64,000 bases of DNA from Eledone cirrhosa (lineage: Eukaryota), in the NCBI GenBank assembly GCA_964016885.1, contig OZ024747.1, positions 25,854,001 through 25,918,000 of the forward strand, given 5' to 3'. Below the pieces are notes generated by a model. It searched no databases. It was given only the letters and a program-made list of their open reading frames with translations, and was not told the origin of the DNA. This document shows positions 43,716 to 56,222 of the stretch, piece by piece. The stretch's first letter is position 1. Each line of letters starts with the position of its first letter. Made by a program: the position numbers and the translations under genes.

Positions 43716-46700
43716 ATGGATGTGTTAAGAGTAGGATGTTTGAATGCACGTGGCCTGGGCTCAACTTGGAAGCAAGCAAAGCTTCTAAATGACCTCAGGT
43801 CATGTGGTATAAATGTAATGGTTATCTGTGAGACTCGAATCAGCGTCGTGCGGCAGCTGGCCCCTACCTTCGATGACTTTGAGGTGTATGCATCTCTCTG
43901 TCAACCTGGAGGTGGGGGTGGGGTTGTCGTACTGCTGCAAAAACACCTGGGTCTTGCCGTACAGGTTGTGCATTCGGACCCGGAGGGTCGTTTGTTGGTG
44001 CTAGACGTTGGCAGTAGTGAAGGTGCGGCCTTGAGACTGGTCGCCGTCTACTCCCCTTTCGGAGCTGAACGGCCCGACTTCTTCCAGCGTTTGGAGACTT
44101 TTCTGGGAACGTCGCGTTCCCTGCTTCTAGCGGGGGATTGGAATGACATCCTAGATGCACGTTGGGACTATGCAGGAGCATGTCCTAATAGAGGGGGGTG
44201 TAACAGCCTCAAGGGGTTACTCGACCGTTTTAACTTGGTCGATAGATATCGACTAGATTTTCCAACTGTGCCTACCTGGACTTGGAGAAACCACAGTGGT
44301 CAATCTAGATCGTACTTAGATAGATTCTTAGTTAGAAGTAAGGATAGGGACATATTAAGCTGTCCAGAAATGCGCACGGTTGGCTACATGGATCACAAAT
44401 TAGTGACCTGCGTAGTCAATCTCGAGAAAACACATAAACAGGGTCCCGGTTACTGGAAACTTAATTTGTCTTTACCGGCAAAAGAGACTTACAGAAACCG
44501 GATTAGCAGTTAGTTAAGGAGAGGTTGACGGGTGGTGGGCATCTCTCAAAAGAGAGATTAGAACAGAATCAATAAGTTATAGCAAGATGTTAGCTGCCGA
44601 TAGGAATAGAAACGAGAAAGAATTAACAGGTAAATTAGAAGAGGCAATCAAGAGCGAAGATGTGGCCAGAGTGCTGGCATCGAGGACGGCCTTGAACCAG
44701 TTTTTCGATGCAAAGCACGAAGGCTGCGTCATTCGAAGTGAAATACGTGCTCTAGGTAATGAGGGGGCCAAAGCCATTGGCTGGGCCCGCGTGACAGAAG
44801 CTAAGAGTGGAAATCGATCCACCATCCGGTCGTTGCAAGACGAAGATGGACGGGTGATCCGGGAGCCTAAGCAGATGTGCGAGGCCTTTCAAAGGCACTT
44901 TGCCCGATTGTTCGGGGGAGGCGAGGGTCCGGGCGAGGGCGTGGATTTCGGTCCATACCTCGACGGCCTGCCGCGTCTCTCGAGCGAAGAGGCAGAGTCC
45001 TGCGAGGGACCAATCTCGGCTGATGAGATCGGAGATGCGCTGAGCCAATGCAGCAGACGCAAATCTCCAGGTCTCGATGGTATATCTTACGAACTTTATT
45101 TAGCAATGCCGGTCTTCTTCTCCGAACTCCTCGAAGCGGTCCACTGCAATTGGCAGCAGAACGGGAGAATTCCTTGTTCTGTAGCCAAGAGCGTAGTCAC
45201 GCTGGTGAGGAAGGACGAGAACAAGGGAGATAGTATAAATAATTTTCGGCCCATAACCCTGCTAAACACAGAGTTAAAGATTTTGGCCAAGTGTTAGCAA
45301 AGAGGTTGGCGCTTGTCGTGGGTGGCCTGGTGGGAGATGCGCAGACATGTGCTATCCCATCCAGGTCCATTCACGATAACCTCCACCTCATGCGATACAT
45401 CATAGAGAGGGTTGGCAACAAACCCGGCTTCGGTGGGGCCCTGATCAACTTGGATCAGTCTAAGGCCTTCGATAGGGTCGACCATGGTTACCTGGATGCG
45501 GTGCTAGCGGCGGCTGGGTTCGGTCCTGTTTTCAGAGGCTGGATCACTGCCTTACATAGCAACCACATCTGTTCTAGGATCAAGGTGAACGGCTACCTTT
45601 CGAAGCCGTTCGAAATCACACGATCCATTCGACAGGGGTGCCCTCTCTCCTCCCTTCTGTACGTATTGACTCTCGAGCCTTTACTGAGGAAGTTGGAGTT
45701 GTTGAAGGGTATCCCCCTGGAACCAGGATTGAGCAAAGCGGTGTCGGCCTACGCCGATGACGTAACAGTAATGGTATCGACCGACTCGGAGATCGAGGCG
45801 ATCGGTACCTTACTGGAGGATTACGAAAGGTTGTCAGGAGCGAAACTGAACCGGGAAAAATCCATCGGGCTGCAACTCGGAACGTGGAGAGGCAGACCGA
45901 TGCCTCCCGACGGTGTCGTCGGACACTGGACGGAGGGCCCGGTAAAGTTGCTTGGGGTCTGGTTTGGACCGGACCTCCAGGTGGAAAAGAACTGGAACGA
46001 GGTTACGAACAAGGTGTTTGCACTAACCCAGAAATGGGCCAAGTGTAAGCTGTCCCTAAAAGGCCGGGCGGAGGTGGCGAACATTTACATAGCGTCCGTC
46101 ACTTACTACCGCCTGACTGTCGTGCCTTGCCCTAAGGAAACACTCACCACCATGGAACGCATGCTCTTCCAATTTCTTTGGAAGAAGCGCCCTCCTATGG
46201 TGAGAAGATCCATCTGCTGCCAACAACCTTCGAAAGGAGGGCTGGGGATGCCGTGGTTGATGATGCGTAGGCACGCATTAAGGCTGCTACGGCACATACA
46301 GGTATTCCTCACTGGTCAACCGGTGTGGGCTCCGTTCGTGAAACGAACCTTTCTGAGACTCGTCTCGCTCACCGAGCTGCAGTCCTGGGTCAAGAAAAGA
46401 TCCGGAAAACTGGGAGACTGGCACACTGAGTGTGCTCAGGCGCTCAGGGCTCTCTGGCAAGCGGGCCAGGCCGCCGGTGGAGAATCCACCTCATCATTCT
46501 ATAGAGGGCTGGTGGCTAACAGGGGCGATGACACCCTTGGAGAGTCGCTGGACATGGAAGAGGACGAACTGGCCAGTCTGTTCGGTAGGACTTTCGGCCC
46601 AGGACCAATGGACACCTTCCAGAAGTCACTGGCCTGGCAGTGCTACCAAGGGGCTCTACCCGTTCGAGAGAGGCTCTACAGACACGGGCGCCCGGGCAGG

Positions 46701-47135
46701 GATCCCTCAAAAAAGATTTTCCCTAGATGCGTGCGTCACGAAGAAACCGTTGCGCACGCATTGGTGCAATGTCCGGGCGTGGCTGATCTGTGGGGCTACG
46801 CCGAACGACTGCTGTCGCGGGTGGCGCCGATTCAATTGACCGCCGAGTCCGTGATGACAATCAAACCGCCTCCCCTCTTCACAAAGGAAGCAAAGGCGGT
46901 TTTTCTGTGCGTAATAGCCATGTTGAAAGAGGTTGTTTGGTGGACACGATTGAAAGGTCTGAGGTCAGGCAACTTCCTCTCTGGCCATAGTCTGGTCTAC
47001 TTCTTCCGATATCACTTCGGAAGAAGGATAAGAATGGAGAGAGAGGTGCTTGGCCACAGGCAGTTTTATGAAAGGTGGGTGATAGTGGCGAGAATGGCTC
47101 GTGTAAATGGGCCTTCTCTGTATACCATCCTGTAG
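43716..47135 (+). pseudogene. Tx1 ORF2 (APE-RT-CCHC), broken by small deletions
   Basis: Pieces 43716-44513, 44587-45297 and 45291-47135; versus copy A2: 1-bp deletion ~44509, 19-bp deletion ~44534, 1-bp deletion ~45291. Confidence 0.92.
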
Positions 47136-47580
47136 GTAAAGAAGTAAAGGAGAGGAGAGCACCTTCTCCATGTGCTCCCCGGGCAAAGGATTGCACACTT
47201 TTTCGGGGGTGTGTGCAACCCCCATCACGTCCCCTCCCTTTTGAGGTTATTTTCGATTATTTTCATTTTATACCCTTTTTACTCGATTGTATGTAAACTC
47301 CCCCCTTTGTATTTGTCCCTTCTTTTTATGCCTTTATGGTAAATAAAGAAATATATCTATCTATCTATCTATCTATCTTGATAGAGTAAGACACGCTTCG
47401 CATCGGCTCCGCTATTCCATCGGGATTTACCCTTACTATTGTAAGTACCGGATAAATTTTTTAGTGCAACACATTTGGAACACTAACCCCTGTTATTTAG
47501 GGAAACATTTTTGCATTTACCCCCTTTTTAGGGGGTAAAATAAATATCTATTTTTGCCGAAAAATTTCTTTCTTGGCAGC

Positions 47581-49420
47581 ATGGCGGAAAAGATGGCAGA
47601 CATGTCTGCCATTAGCTCTGCCACGCCCCCCAAGTCTGAAGAACAAAAAATAATTACAACAAAATTAGACATTGAAACAAACAAACAAAATGAAAAAACA
47701 AATGTTAAGGAAAATGAGCAAACAGAAAACAAACAAACAGAAAATAATACAAATAACGACAGGGCAACTTTCGCCCAGAAAACAAAACAATCCATTACAT
47801 ACACACCAATTGACCTAACTGCCGCCAGAGAAAAACTGGCCGAAGCAAAGAAACACATTGTTTTGGGGGAGAACGGAATATTTTCCATTAACTCCCCCCC
47901 AGAATTCAAGAAAGCCAGAGCAGAAAACACAGTTCTATACAGAACTATACTGAACCAGACAAGAAAGCCAGCACAGCCCAGCCAAATGGAAATAGAGTTA
48001 GTCCTAAAAGACTATATGAAGAATATTCTCTTCATACGAAAGGACCGACTCTATGGCAGCATTTCGGTCCTAACAAGAGACAAAGAAACGGCGGAGAAGC
48101 TTTCCCTAAGCCCACTCTCGTCGACAAGATATAGCTTCTATCCCTCCTACATGGGTAGAAGAACACAGAGAGTAAAAGTAAAAACAATGCTGCCCACAAT
48201 GGACTTCTGGTGGGCTATTGCTGGCTTCATTGATATGGGCGAAGACACTATGCTGTCAATGGGGAAGGCAACTGGAGATGCGTTCCTGGGAATGGGCCTC
48301 GACATACTAGTCCAAATGAGGCCCGAAAGAATAGCACAAATCCCGGATCGCATCTGGCTGGATGACCTTACCCCAATAGACATAATTGTAGAGGGGAGAA
48401 GACCAGCATGCTATTTATGCATGGAAAGGGGACACGTTAAGGCTAACTGCCCGAAACGTATCCCCCAAAAAGGACTATTGCCCACACCCACCACAAACAG
48501 TACACCAGCACCACCCACCTCCAAAAATACACTAATACCACACACAGCAAACAAAATACAGACACCACCAACCACAAACACAACACAAACATCACCACCA
48601 CCAGCACCAAACACAAGCACGACACAAAAATCACCACCACCAACCACAACACAAACATCACCACCACCAGCACCAACCACAAGCACGACACAAACATTAC
48701 CACCACCACCACCACCACAAAACCCATTCCAAACAAATAATAAAAAAAACAGTAACAAATCTACCCCTCCCGCAAAAAAAAAACAACCACACAACACGTC
48801 CCTCCCACCTAGCGCTGAAGAGTTTCCCCCAACTTCTGAAGAAGAAGGAGGAGAAGCCTTCAGACAAGTTAAAAGAAAAAAAAGAAAACACACACCCAGC
48901 ACACCACAAATAACCCACACACAAACACCAACTCCAATCAAAAACACCCCACCCTCAACAAACAAAAATAAATCTGCGCCTCCCCTCTCCGAAACATTGA
49001 CAGCATCACAAAAAAAGACGTTGCAATACACATATATAAATAAAGAAAACAAAAAACTGGTTAAATTAATAAACAATAACCCTATGGTGCAGACCGAAGG
49101 GCCAAACTTTATCTCAACAGAGAACTTCACCCATTTAAAAATGATAAAGGTCCCTCTGGACCTTTATCGTTCCTTAAAAGAACAATTTAGACGGGACGTG
49201 AGCCCCCCCCTGTTTAAAACCGTTGAATCGCGTCCTCTTGAAAGATTTCCCCATAACCGCCCCTCTCCCTGACACAACTCCAAATACCCCAACCCCACCA
49301 CACACGTGTACCCCCACACCACCACAAAACATCCCTCCACCCAACACACCTGATGCCATGGAAATTACGCAACCCGGAGAGGTAAGTGCTTTTCTTTCTT
49401 CACTTTCAACACCAAAATAG
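47581..49420 (+). CDS. Tx1-B ORF1 (CCHC knuckle, Pro/Thr-rich linker); frameshift near 49210
   Basis: Long ORF to 49272 with CYLCMERGHVKANC; the homologous C-terminus continues in frame 49223-49420. Confidence 0.82.
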
Positions 49421-52400
49421 ATCAATTGAGAGTTGGCTGTTTGAACGCGCGTAGCCTGGGCTCAGCTTGGAAGCAAGCAAAGCTTCTAAGTGACCTCAGG
49501 TCACAAAGTATAGATGTGATGGTTGTTTGCGAGAGTCGGATCAGCAGCGTGAGACAGCTGGCGCCCGCCTTCGATGACTTTGAGATGCACGCATCTCTCT
49601 GTCAACCCGGAGGCGGGGGGGGGGGGGGGGAGTTGCCGTACTGCTGGATAAACGTCTGACTCTCGACGTACAGATTGTTCACTCGGACCCGGGGGGTCGA
49701 TTACTGGTGCTGGACGTCGGAGGCGGTGAAGGCGGGGCTTTCAGACTGGTCGGTCTTTATGCTCCCTTCGGGGCGGAAAGAGCCGACTTCTTCCAGCGTC
49801 TGGAGACTTTTCTAGGAACGTCGCGTTCCCTGCTTTTAGTGGGGGACTGGAATGGAATCCTAGATGCGCGTTGGGACTATGCAGGGGCATGTCCCGATAG
49901 AGGGGGGTGTAGCAGCCTCAAGGGGTTACTCGATCGATTCGACCTGGTCGATAGATTTCGACTAGATTGTCCAACTGCGCCAACCTGGACCTGGGCAAAC
50001 CGCAGTGGACAATCTAGATCGTACCTAGATAGGTTTTTGGTTAGGAGTAAGGATAGGGACGTATTTAGTTGTCCAGAACTGATCATGGTTGGCTATTCAG
50101 ATCACAAATTAGTGACCTGCGTGGTCAACCTTCATAGAACGCATAGACAGGGTCCCGGTTACTGGAAGATGAACTTGTCCTTACCGACAAAGAAAGATTA
50201 CAGAAACCGGATTAGTAGCTTAGTTAAGATGCGGTTGACGGGAGCGATCGTCAACAGTAGGTGGTGGATATCTCTAAAGAGAGAGATTAGAGTAAGTTCG
50301 ATAGGTTACAGTAAGGAACTAGCGGCGAATAGAAATAGGAGGGAAAGGGAGTTAACAGATAAACTAGAAGAGGCGATTAGGAGCGGAGACGTAGCCAGAG
50401 TGTTAGCGACGAGAACGGCATTGAGCCAGTTCTTTGACGCGAAGCACGAAGGCTGCGTTGTCCGAAGTAAAATACGTGCTTTAGGAAACGAGGGGACCAA
50501 AGCTGTTAGCTGGGCCCGCGTGACAGAAGCCAAGAGTGGGATTAAATCCACCATTCGGTCTTTGCGAGACCAGGATGGACGGGTGATCCTTGAACCTGAG
50601 CGAATGTGCGAGACCTTTCAAAGGCACTTTGCTCGACTGTTCGGAGGTGGCGGGGGGCCGGACGGGGATGTGGACTTCGGTCCATACCTCGACGGTCTAC
50701 CGCGTCTTTCGAGCGGCGAAGCGGAGTGCTGCGAAAGGCCAATCACAGCCACTGAAATCGGGGAAGCGCTCAGCCAATGCAGCAGACGCAAATCCCCGGG
50801 TCTCGATGGTCTACCATACGAACTTTATTTAGCTATGCCGGTCTTGTTCTCCGAACTCCTCGAGGCTGTCTATTGCAACTGGCAACAGAACGGGAGAATT
50901 CCCTGTTCTGTGACCAAGGGCGTGGTCACGCTAGTGAGGAAGGACGAGAGCAAGGGGGACGACTTAAGTAACTTTAGGCCCATAACTCTGCTGAATGCAG
51001 AGTTACAGATTTTGGCCAAGGTGTTGGCGAAGAGGTTGGCGCTTGTGGTGGGTGGTTTGGTGGGAGACGCGCAGACATGCGCTATCCCGTCCAGGTCCAT
51101 TCACGACAACCTCCACCTCATGCGATACATCATAGAGAGGGTTGGCTACGAACCCGGCTTTGGTGGGGCCCTGATCAACTTGGATCAATCTAAGGCGTTC
51201 GATAGGGTCGACCATGGTTACCTGGATGCGGTGCTAGCGGCGGCGGGCTTCGGACCCGTTTTCAGGGGCTGGATTTCTGCCATGCACAGTGGCAACATCT
51301 ACTCTAGGATTAAAGTAAACGGCTACCTCTCGGAGCCGTTTCAAATCACCCGATCCATCAGACAGGGGTGCCCCCTCTCCTCCCTTCTGTACGTATTGAC
51401 TCTCGAGCCACTGCTGCGGAAGTTGGAGTTGCTGCGGGGCATACCCCTGGAACCGGGATTGCACAAAGCGGTCTCGGCCTATGCCGACGACGTAACAGTA
51501 ATGGTGGCGGACGCCTCGGAAATCGGGGCGATCGCCACCCTACTGGAGGAATACGAAAGGCTGACGGGGGCTAAGCTGAACCAGGACAAGTCAGTCGGTT
51601 TGCAACTCGGAACGTGGAGGGGCAAACCGATGCCGTTAGACGGTGTCGTCGGGCGGTGGACGGAGGGCCCGGTGAAGCTGCTCGGGGTCTGGTTCGGACC
51701 GGACCTCCAGGTGGAGAAGAATTGGGGCGAGGTGACGAGCAGGGTGTTTGCGCCGACCCAGAAGTGGGCCAAGTGCAAACTATCACTGAAAGGTCGGGCG
51801 GAGGTGACGAACGCTTACATAGCGTCCGTCATCTACTACCGCCTGACCGTCGTGCCTTGCCCCAAGGAAAAACTCACCATCATGGAACGCATGCTCTTCC
51901 AGTTCCTCTGGAAGAAGCGGCCTCCCATGGTGAGGAGATCCATCTGCTGCCAGCACCCTTCGAAAGGAGGGCTGGGTATGCCGTGGCTGTTGATGCGTAG
52001 GCACGCATTGAGGCTACGGCATCTACAGGTATTTCTCAACGGTCAGCCGGTGTGGGCCCCGTTTGTGAGGCGAGCCTTCCCACAGCTCGTCTCGCTCACC
52101 GAACTGCAATCCTGGGTGAAGCAAAGACCGAGAAAACTGGGCAACTGGCACACCGAGTGTGCCCAGGCGCTCACGGCTATCTGGCAAGCGGACCCGACTG
52201 TCAGTGGAGAATCCACCTCGACATTCTATAGAGGGTTGGTGGCTAGCCGGGGCGACGACACCCTTGGAGAGTCGCTAGGCATGGAGGAGGACGAACTGGC
52301 CAGCCTGTTCGGTAGAACTTTCGGCCCGGGACCCATGGACAACTTCCAGAGGTCCTTAGCCTGGCAGTGTTACCGGGGGGCTCTGCCCGTTCGAGAAAAG

Positions 52401-52862
52401 CTCTACAGACACGGGCGCCCGGGCAGGGATCCCGCGAAAAAGATCTGTCCCAGATGCGTGCGCGACGAGGAAACCGTTGCGCATGCACTGGTACACTGCC
52501 CGGGCGTTGCCGATCTGTGGGGCTACGTCGAACGACTGCTGTCGCGTGTGGCGCCGATTCGATTAACCGCCGAGTCTGTGGTGAACATCAAGCCGCCACC
52601 TCCCTTCAGAAATGAAGCAGAGGCGGTCTTTCTGTGCGTAATAGCCATGATGAAAGAGGTTGTGTGGTGGACGCGCCTGAAAGGTCTGAGGTCGGGTGAC
52701 TTTCTCTCCGGCCATCACCTGGTTTACTTCTTCCGATACCACTTCGGAAGAAGAATCAGGATGGAGAGAGAAGTGCTTGGTCCCAGACAGTTTTATGAAA
52801 GGTGGGTGAAAGAAGCGAGAATGGCCCGTGTAAATGGGCCTTCTCTCTACATTGTTCTGTAG
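49417..52862 (+). CDS. Tx1-B ORF2 (APE endonuclease, RT, CCHC); frameshift in poly-G ~49615-49630; start codon reads ATA
   Basis: LRVGCLNARSLG, GDWNG, SYLDRFL, SDH, LDQSKAFDRVDH, RQGCPLS, YADD, CPRCVRDEETVAHALVHC; 1051-aa open stretch 49707-52862. Confidence 0.88.
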
Positions 52863-53130
52863 GTGAAGAAGTGAAGAGGAAAGGGGGAGCGCCTCCTCTC
52901 TGGGCTTCCCCCGCGAAAAGAGTTGCACACTTTTCGGGGGTATGTGCAATCCCCAACACGCCCCCTCCCTTTTGAGGACTTTTTATTGTTATATTATTAT
53001 TGTTATTCCTTTTTTCTTTACTCGATTTATGTAAACTCCCCCACTGTGTAAATGTCCCCTTCTTTTGTGCCCTCGTGGCAAATAAATAGAAATTTATCTA
53101 TCTGTCTCTCTGTCTGTCTGTCTGTCTCTC

Positions 53131-53137
<7 letters not shown>

Positions 53138-53177
<40 letters not shown>

Positions 53178-53307
53178 GTGTGTATGTGTGTGTGTATGTG
53201 TGTGTGTGTGTGTCTGTGTGTGTGTGTGTGTGTGTGTCTGTGTGTGTGTGTGTGTGTGTCTCTGTGTGTGTGTGTGTGTGTGTGTGTGCATGTGTATGTG
53301 TGTGTGT

Positions 53308-53368
<61 letters not shown>

Positions 53369-53389
53369 TGTGTGTGTGTGTGTGTGTGA
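53138..53389. repeat. (TG)n microsatellite
   Basis: Seen directly. Confidence 0.95.
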
Positions 53390-53479
53390 GTATCTTATAT
53401 ACACACCTTTGACTTGGATTCTTGCATGCTGTCAACTCTAATAACGCATTGAGCTTAACGGACGATTTTCTTGGCGATA

Positions 53480-53650
53480 TTTGTTTTGATTTTTTTATGT
53501 TCTAAGTTCTAATTCAGCCGAGGTCAAATTAACTTTTCAACCGTCCGGGGTCGATAGAATAAAAAATAAAAAAGCACTTAAGTGGTTGAATCGGTTTAAT
53601 CGCTTATCAACTCTACTCAAATTGCTAGTCTTGTTGCTAAATTAGAAGCT
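53480..53650 (+). mobile_element. Degenerate SINE copy
   Basis: TTCTAATTCAGCCGAGGTC..CTTTTCAACCGTCCGGGGTCGATAGAATAAA resembles the SINE core. Confidence 0.5.
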
Positions 53651-54041
53651 AATATATTAATAGCTTTAATATTGTTGTTATTTCTATATCCAAATAGCTG
53701 ATCATTAATTAGATAGGGTTGATAGGGCAAACGTAAGCCTTGTTTGCTTGTAATCAGCACCCGAAATATAGCTAAGAATAGGATCAATCCTACGGCAACA
53801 AAATATGTGTTGACCACTGTAATGTAATCTATATTTGTATGTACACTCTCGCGCCCACTCTCCCACTCTCTCTCATTCACTTTCTTCCACACACACACAC
53901 ACGCGCACTCTCTCTCTCTCTCTCTATATATATATACACGTATTTATATACCTTTGACTCGGATTCCTACATGCTGTCGACTCTAATAACGTATTGAACT
54001 TAACGCACTTTACCAACAATAATAGATTATTCCACTCTAAT

Positions 54042-54042
<1 letters not shown>

Positions 54043-54074
<32 letters not shown>
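54043..54074. repeat. (TATC)n at the 5' junction of Tx1-A2
   Basis: Perfect run. Confidence 0.95.
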
Positions 54075-54308
54075 AGACAATCTAGCTGTCGTCTGTTCTA
54101 CAGTGTGGATGTCATTCACTTCGCACAGAAGTTTTGTTCAAATTTATTGAGGAAATTTTGTGAGTTCAAACTTTATTTTGATACAATTGTGTAGCTTGAC
54201 CCTCCGTCTGAACTGTCAGGCGGTGGGTCAGCTCATCTTTACCCCTCCTAGAGGTGAAAAACCTGTTTTAAAAAATTTTGTGTAAAAAATTTCAATCGTC
54301 TAACAGAA

Positions 54309-56189
54309 ATGTTAAACGCAGCGAACGAAAATAGTGGTGGGGGGACAGCGGTAAGAGTTGTAAGCTCGCACGCTTTAGTCCTCCCTTCCTTCCCAACTAA
54401 CGTCATAGAGAAGGAAGGAAAAATTAAAATAAAAACGGACGAATCTGCGGAGGAAAAAAAATTAAATGACGAAAACAACGAAAAAAAAAAATTTGAAAAA
54501 TTGCATGACAATACTAATAACACAAACAAAGACACAACAAACAAAAAAATAACAGTTGAAAATAACATAATATCAGAAAACAAAGCAGACGACAAGATTT
54601 CTTTTGCACAGAAAACAAAGAAATCTTTGACTTATATAGCGGAAAACATTTCAGATGTGGTACGAAGGATCACGGACGCAAAACAATACATAAGTGAAGG
54701 TGAGAATGGTATTTTATTGGTAAAAATGCCTCAAGAATTCACGAAAGACATTGAAAGCCGAACGGTCAAGTTTCGGACCATCAACAACAGTACAAAAAAA
54801 CCTGAACAGCCTTCTCAAGCAGATATCAAAACAGTACTCGCAGAAGTACTGAATGAAACAACTTTCATAAGAAAAGACAGACTGTATGGAAGCCTAGCAA
54901 TTATCATGAAGAACGAATCGGCGGCAAAAAAATGTGCTTTGTCACCGATTCGTTCGAAAAATTTCACCTTTTATCCATCTTATATGGGGAAAAAAACTCA
55001 ACGCATATGGCTGGATGCAATGATGCCAGATGTGGACTACTGCTGGCTCATAGCTGGCTTCATCGATCCAGTGAATGACAACGTGATTTCCATTGGGAAA
55101 ACCACAGGCAATGCGTTCAGTGGAACAGGTATAGAGCTGGTAGTACAAATGAAGCCTGAACGCATCGCCCAAATACCCGACAGAATCCTATTAGAGGACC
55201 ACGGGTATATAAACATTAGCGTGGAGGGGAGAAGGCCGTCCTGCCATATCTGTGCAGGCAGAGGGCACCTGAAGGCCGCTTGTCCCCAACTCAACAAAAA
55301 GAAAACCCTGCTACCAACACCAGCTCCACCACCACCACCACAACAGATAAACAAACAACAAAACTCAGTCCCACCCAACCCGTCCCTCAGTAACACCACA
55401 ACACCACCACAACACAAACAGTCACAACACATTACCCCAAAACAAAATACAGGCCCACCCAACCTCTCACTCAATAAAACAACACAACCACCGCAGACAC
55501 AACACACAACACAGTCTAACATAGTGACATCCATCTCCCCCACAAAGAAAACCAACACGGAAACATTACCAGCAAACATACCTCTTCCCTCCAACACTGA
55601 AGATAACCCAACGAATTCGGAGGAAGAAACGGAGTCCTTCAGACAGATTAAAAGGAAAAAAAGAAAACATGTGCAAAACACACAAGGACAAACAACCCCC
55701 ACCCAAATCGCAACACAATCTAACAAAACAGAAAACACCCCTCCAGCAACAAACAAAACCAAACCTGCCCCTCCCCTCTTCGAAACACTCACACCATCGG
55801 AAAAAAAGACATTACACTATACTTACATCAACAGAAACAATAATAAATTAAATGAACTCATATACAATAATCCTTCGGTACAAACCGAAGGTGTAAACTT
55901 TGTTTCATCAGAAAACCACCCACATTTAAAACTAATAAAAATCCCAATGAACCTCTACCAAAAACTAAAAAAGGATTTTAAGGAGGACGTAGGACCACCC
56001 TCTGTCAAACCCATAAACCGCGTCCTACTAAAAAGCTTTCCCCCTCCCCTTCCCCTCCCCAACACAACTCCAAACACCCCAACCCCACCACACACCGACG
56101 ACCCCACACCACCACAAGACACCCCTTCACCCAACACCCCCGACCCCATGGAAGTCGTGCAACCCGAACCCCGGGAAGCGGAAAGGTAG
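54309..56189 (+). CDS. Tx1 ORF1 protein (nucleic-acid-binding, single CX2CX4HX4C knuckle)
   Basis: Uninterrupted 626-aa ORF; CHICAGRGHLKAAC; basic KRKKRK motif. Confidence 0.9.
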   Translation: MLNAANENSGGGTAVRVVSSHALVLPSFPTNVIEKEGKIKIKTDESAEEKKLNDENNEKKKFEKLHDNTNNTNKDTTNKKITVENNIISENKADDKISFAQKTKKSLTYIAENISDVVRRITDAKQYISEGENGILLVKMPQEFTKDIESRTVKFRTINNSTKKPEQPSQADIKTVLAEVLNETTFIRKDRLYGSLAIIMKNESAAKKCALSPIRSKNFTFYPSYMGKKTQRIWLDAMMPDVDYCWLIAGFIDPVNDNVISIGKTTGNAFSGTGIELVVQMKPERIAQIPDRILLEDHGYINISVEGRRPSCHICAGRGHLKAACPQLNKKKTLLPTPAPPPPPQQINKQQNSVPPNPSLSNTTTPPQHKQSQHITPKQNTGPPNLSLNKTTQPPQTQHTTQSNIVTSISPTKKTNTETLPANIPLPSNTEDNPTNSEEETESFRQIKRKKRKHVQNTQGQTTPTQIATQSNKTENTPPATNKTKPAPPLFETLTPSEKKTLHYTYINRNNNKLNELIYNNPSVQTEGVNFVSSENHPHLKLIKIPMNLYQKLKKDFKEDVGPPSVKPINRVLLKSFPPPLPLPNTTPNTPTPPHTDDPTPPQDTPSPNTPDPMEVVQPEPREAER

Positions 56190-56222
56190 GTCTCTACACT
56201 CTCCTTTGGCTCTGCCGCCCAC

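Larger units (their letters stand above)
41594..47351 (+). mobile_element. Tx1-clade LINE, subfamily A copy 1 (full length, disrupted)
   Basis: Near-identical to 54075-59875; ends AATAAAGAAA-TA(TATC)n; preceded by (TATC)n. Confidence 0.92.
47378..53092 (+). mobile_element. Tx1-clade LINE, subfamily B (full length)
   Basis: Distinct 5' UTR and ORF1, closely related ORF2; begins right after (TATC)n at 47354-47377; ends AATAAATAGAAA-TTTATCTATC. Confidence 0.92.
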
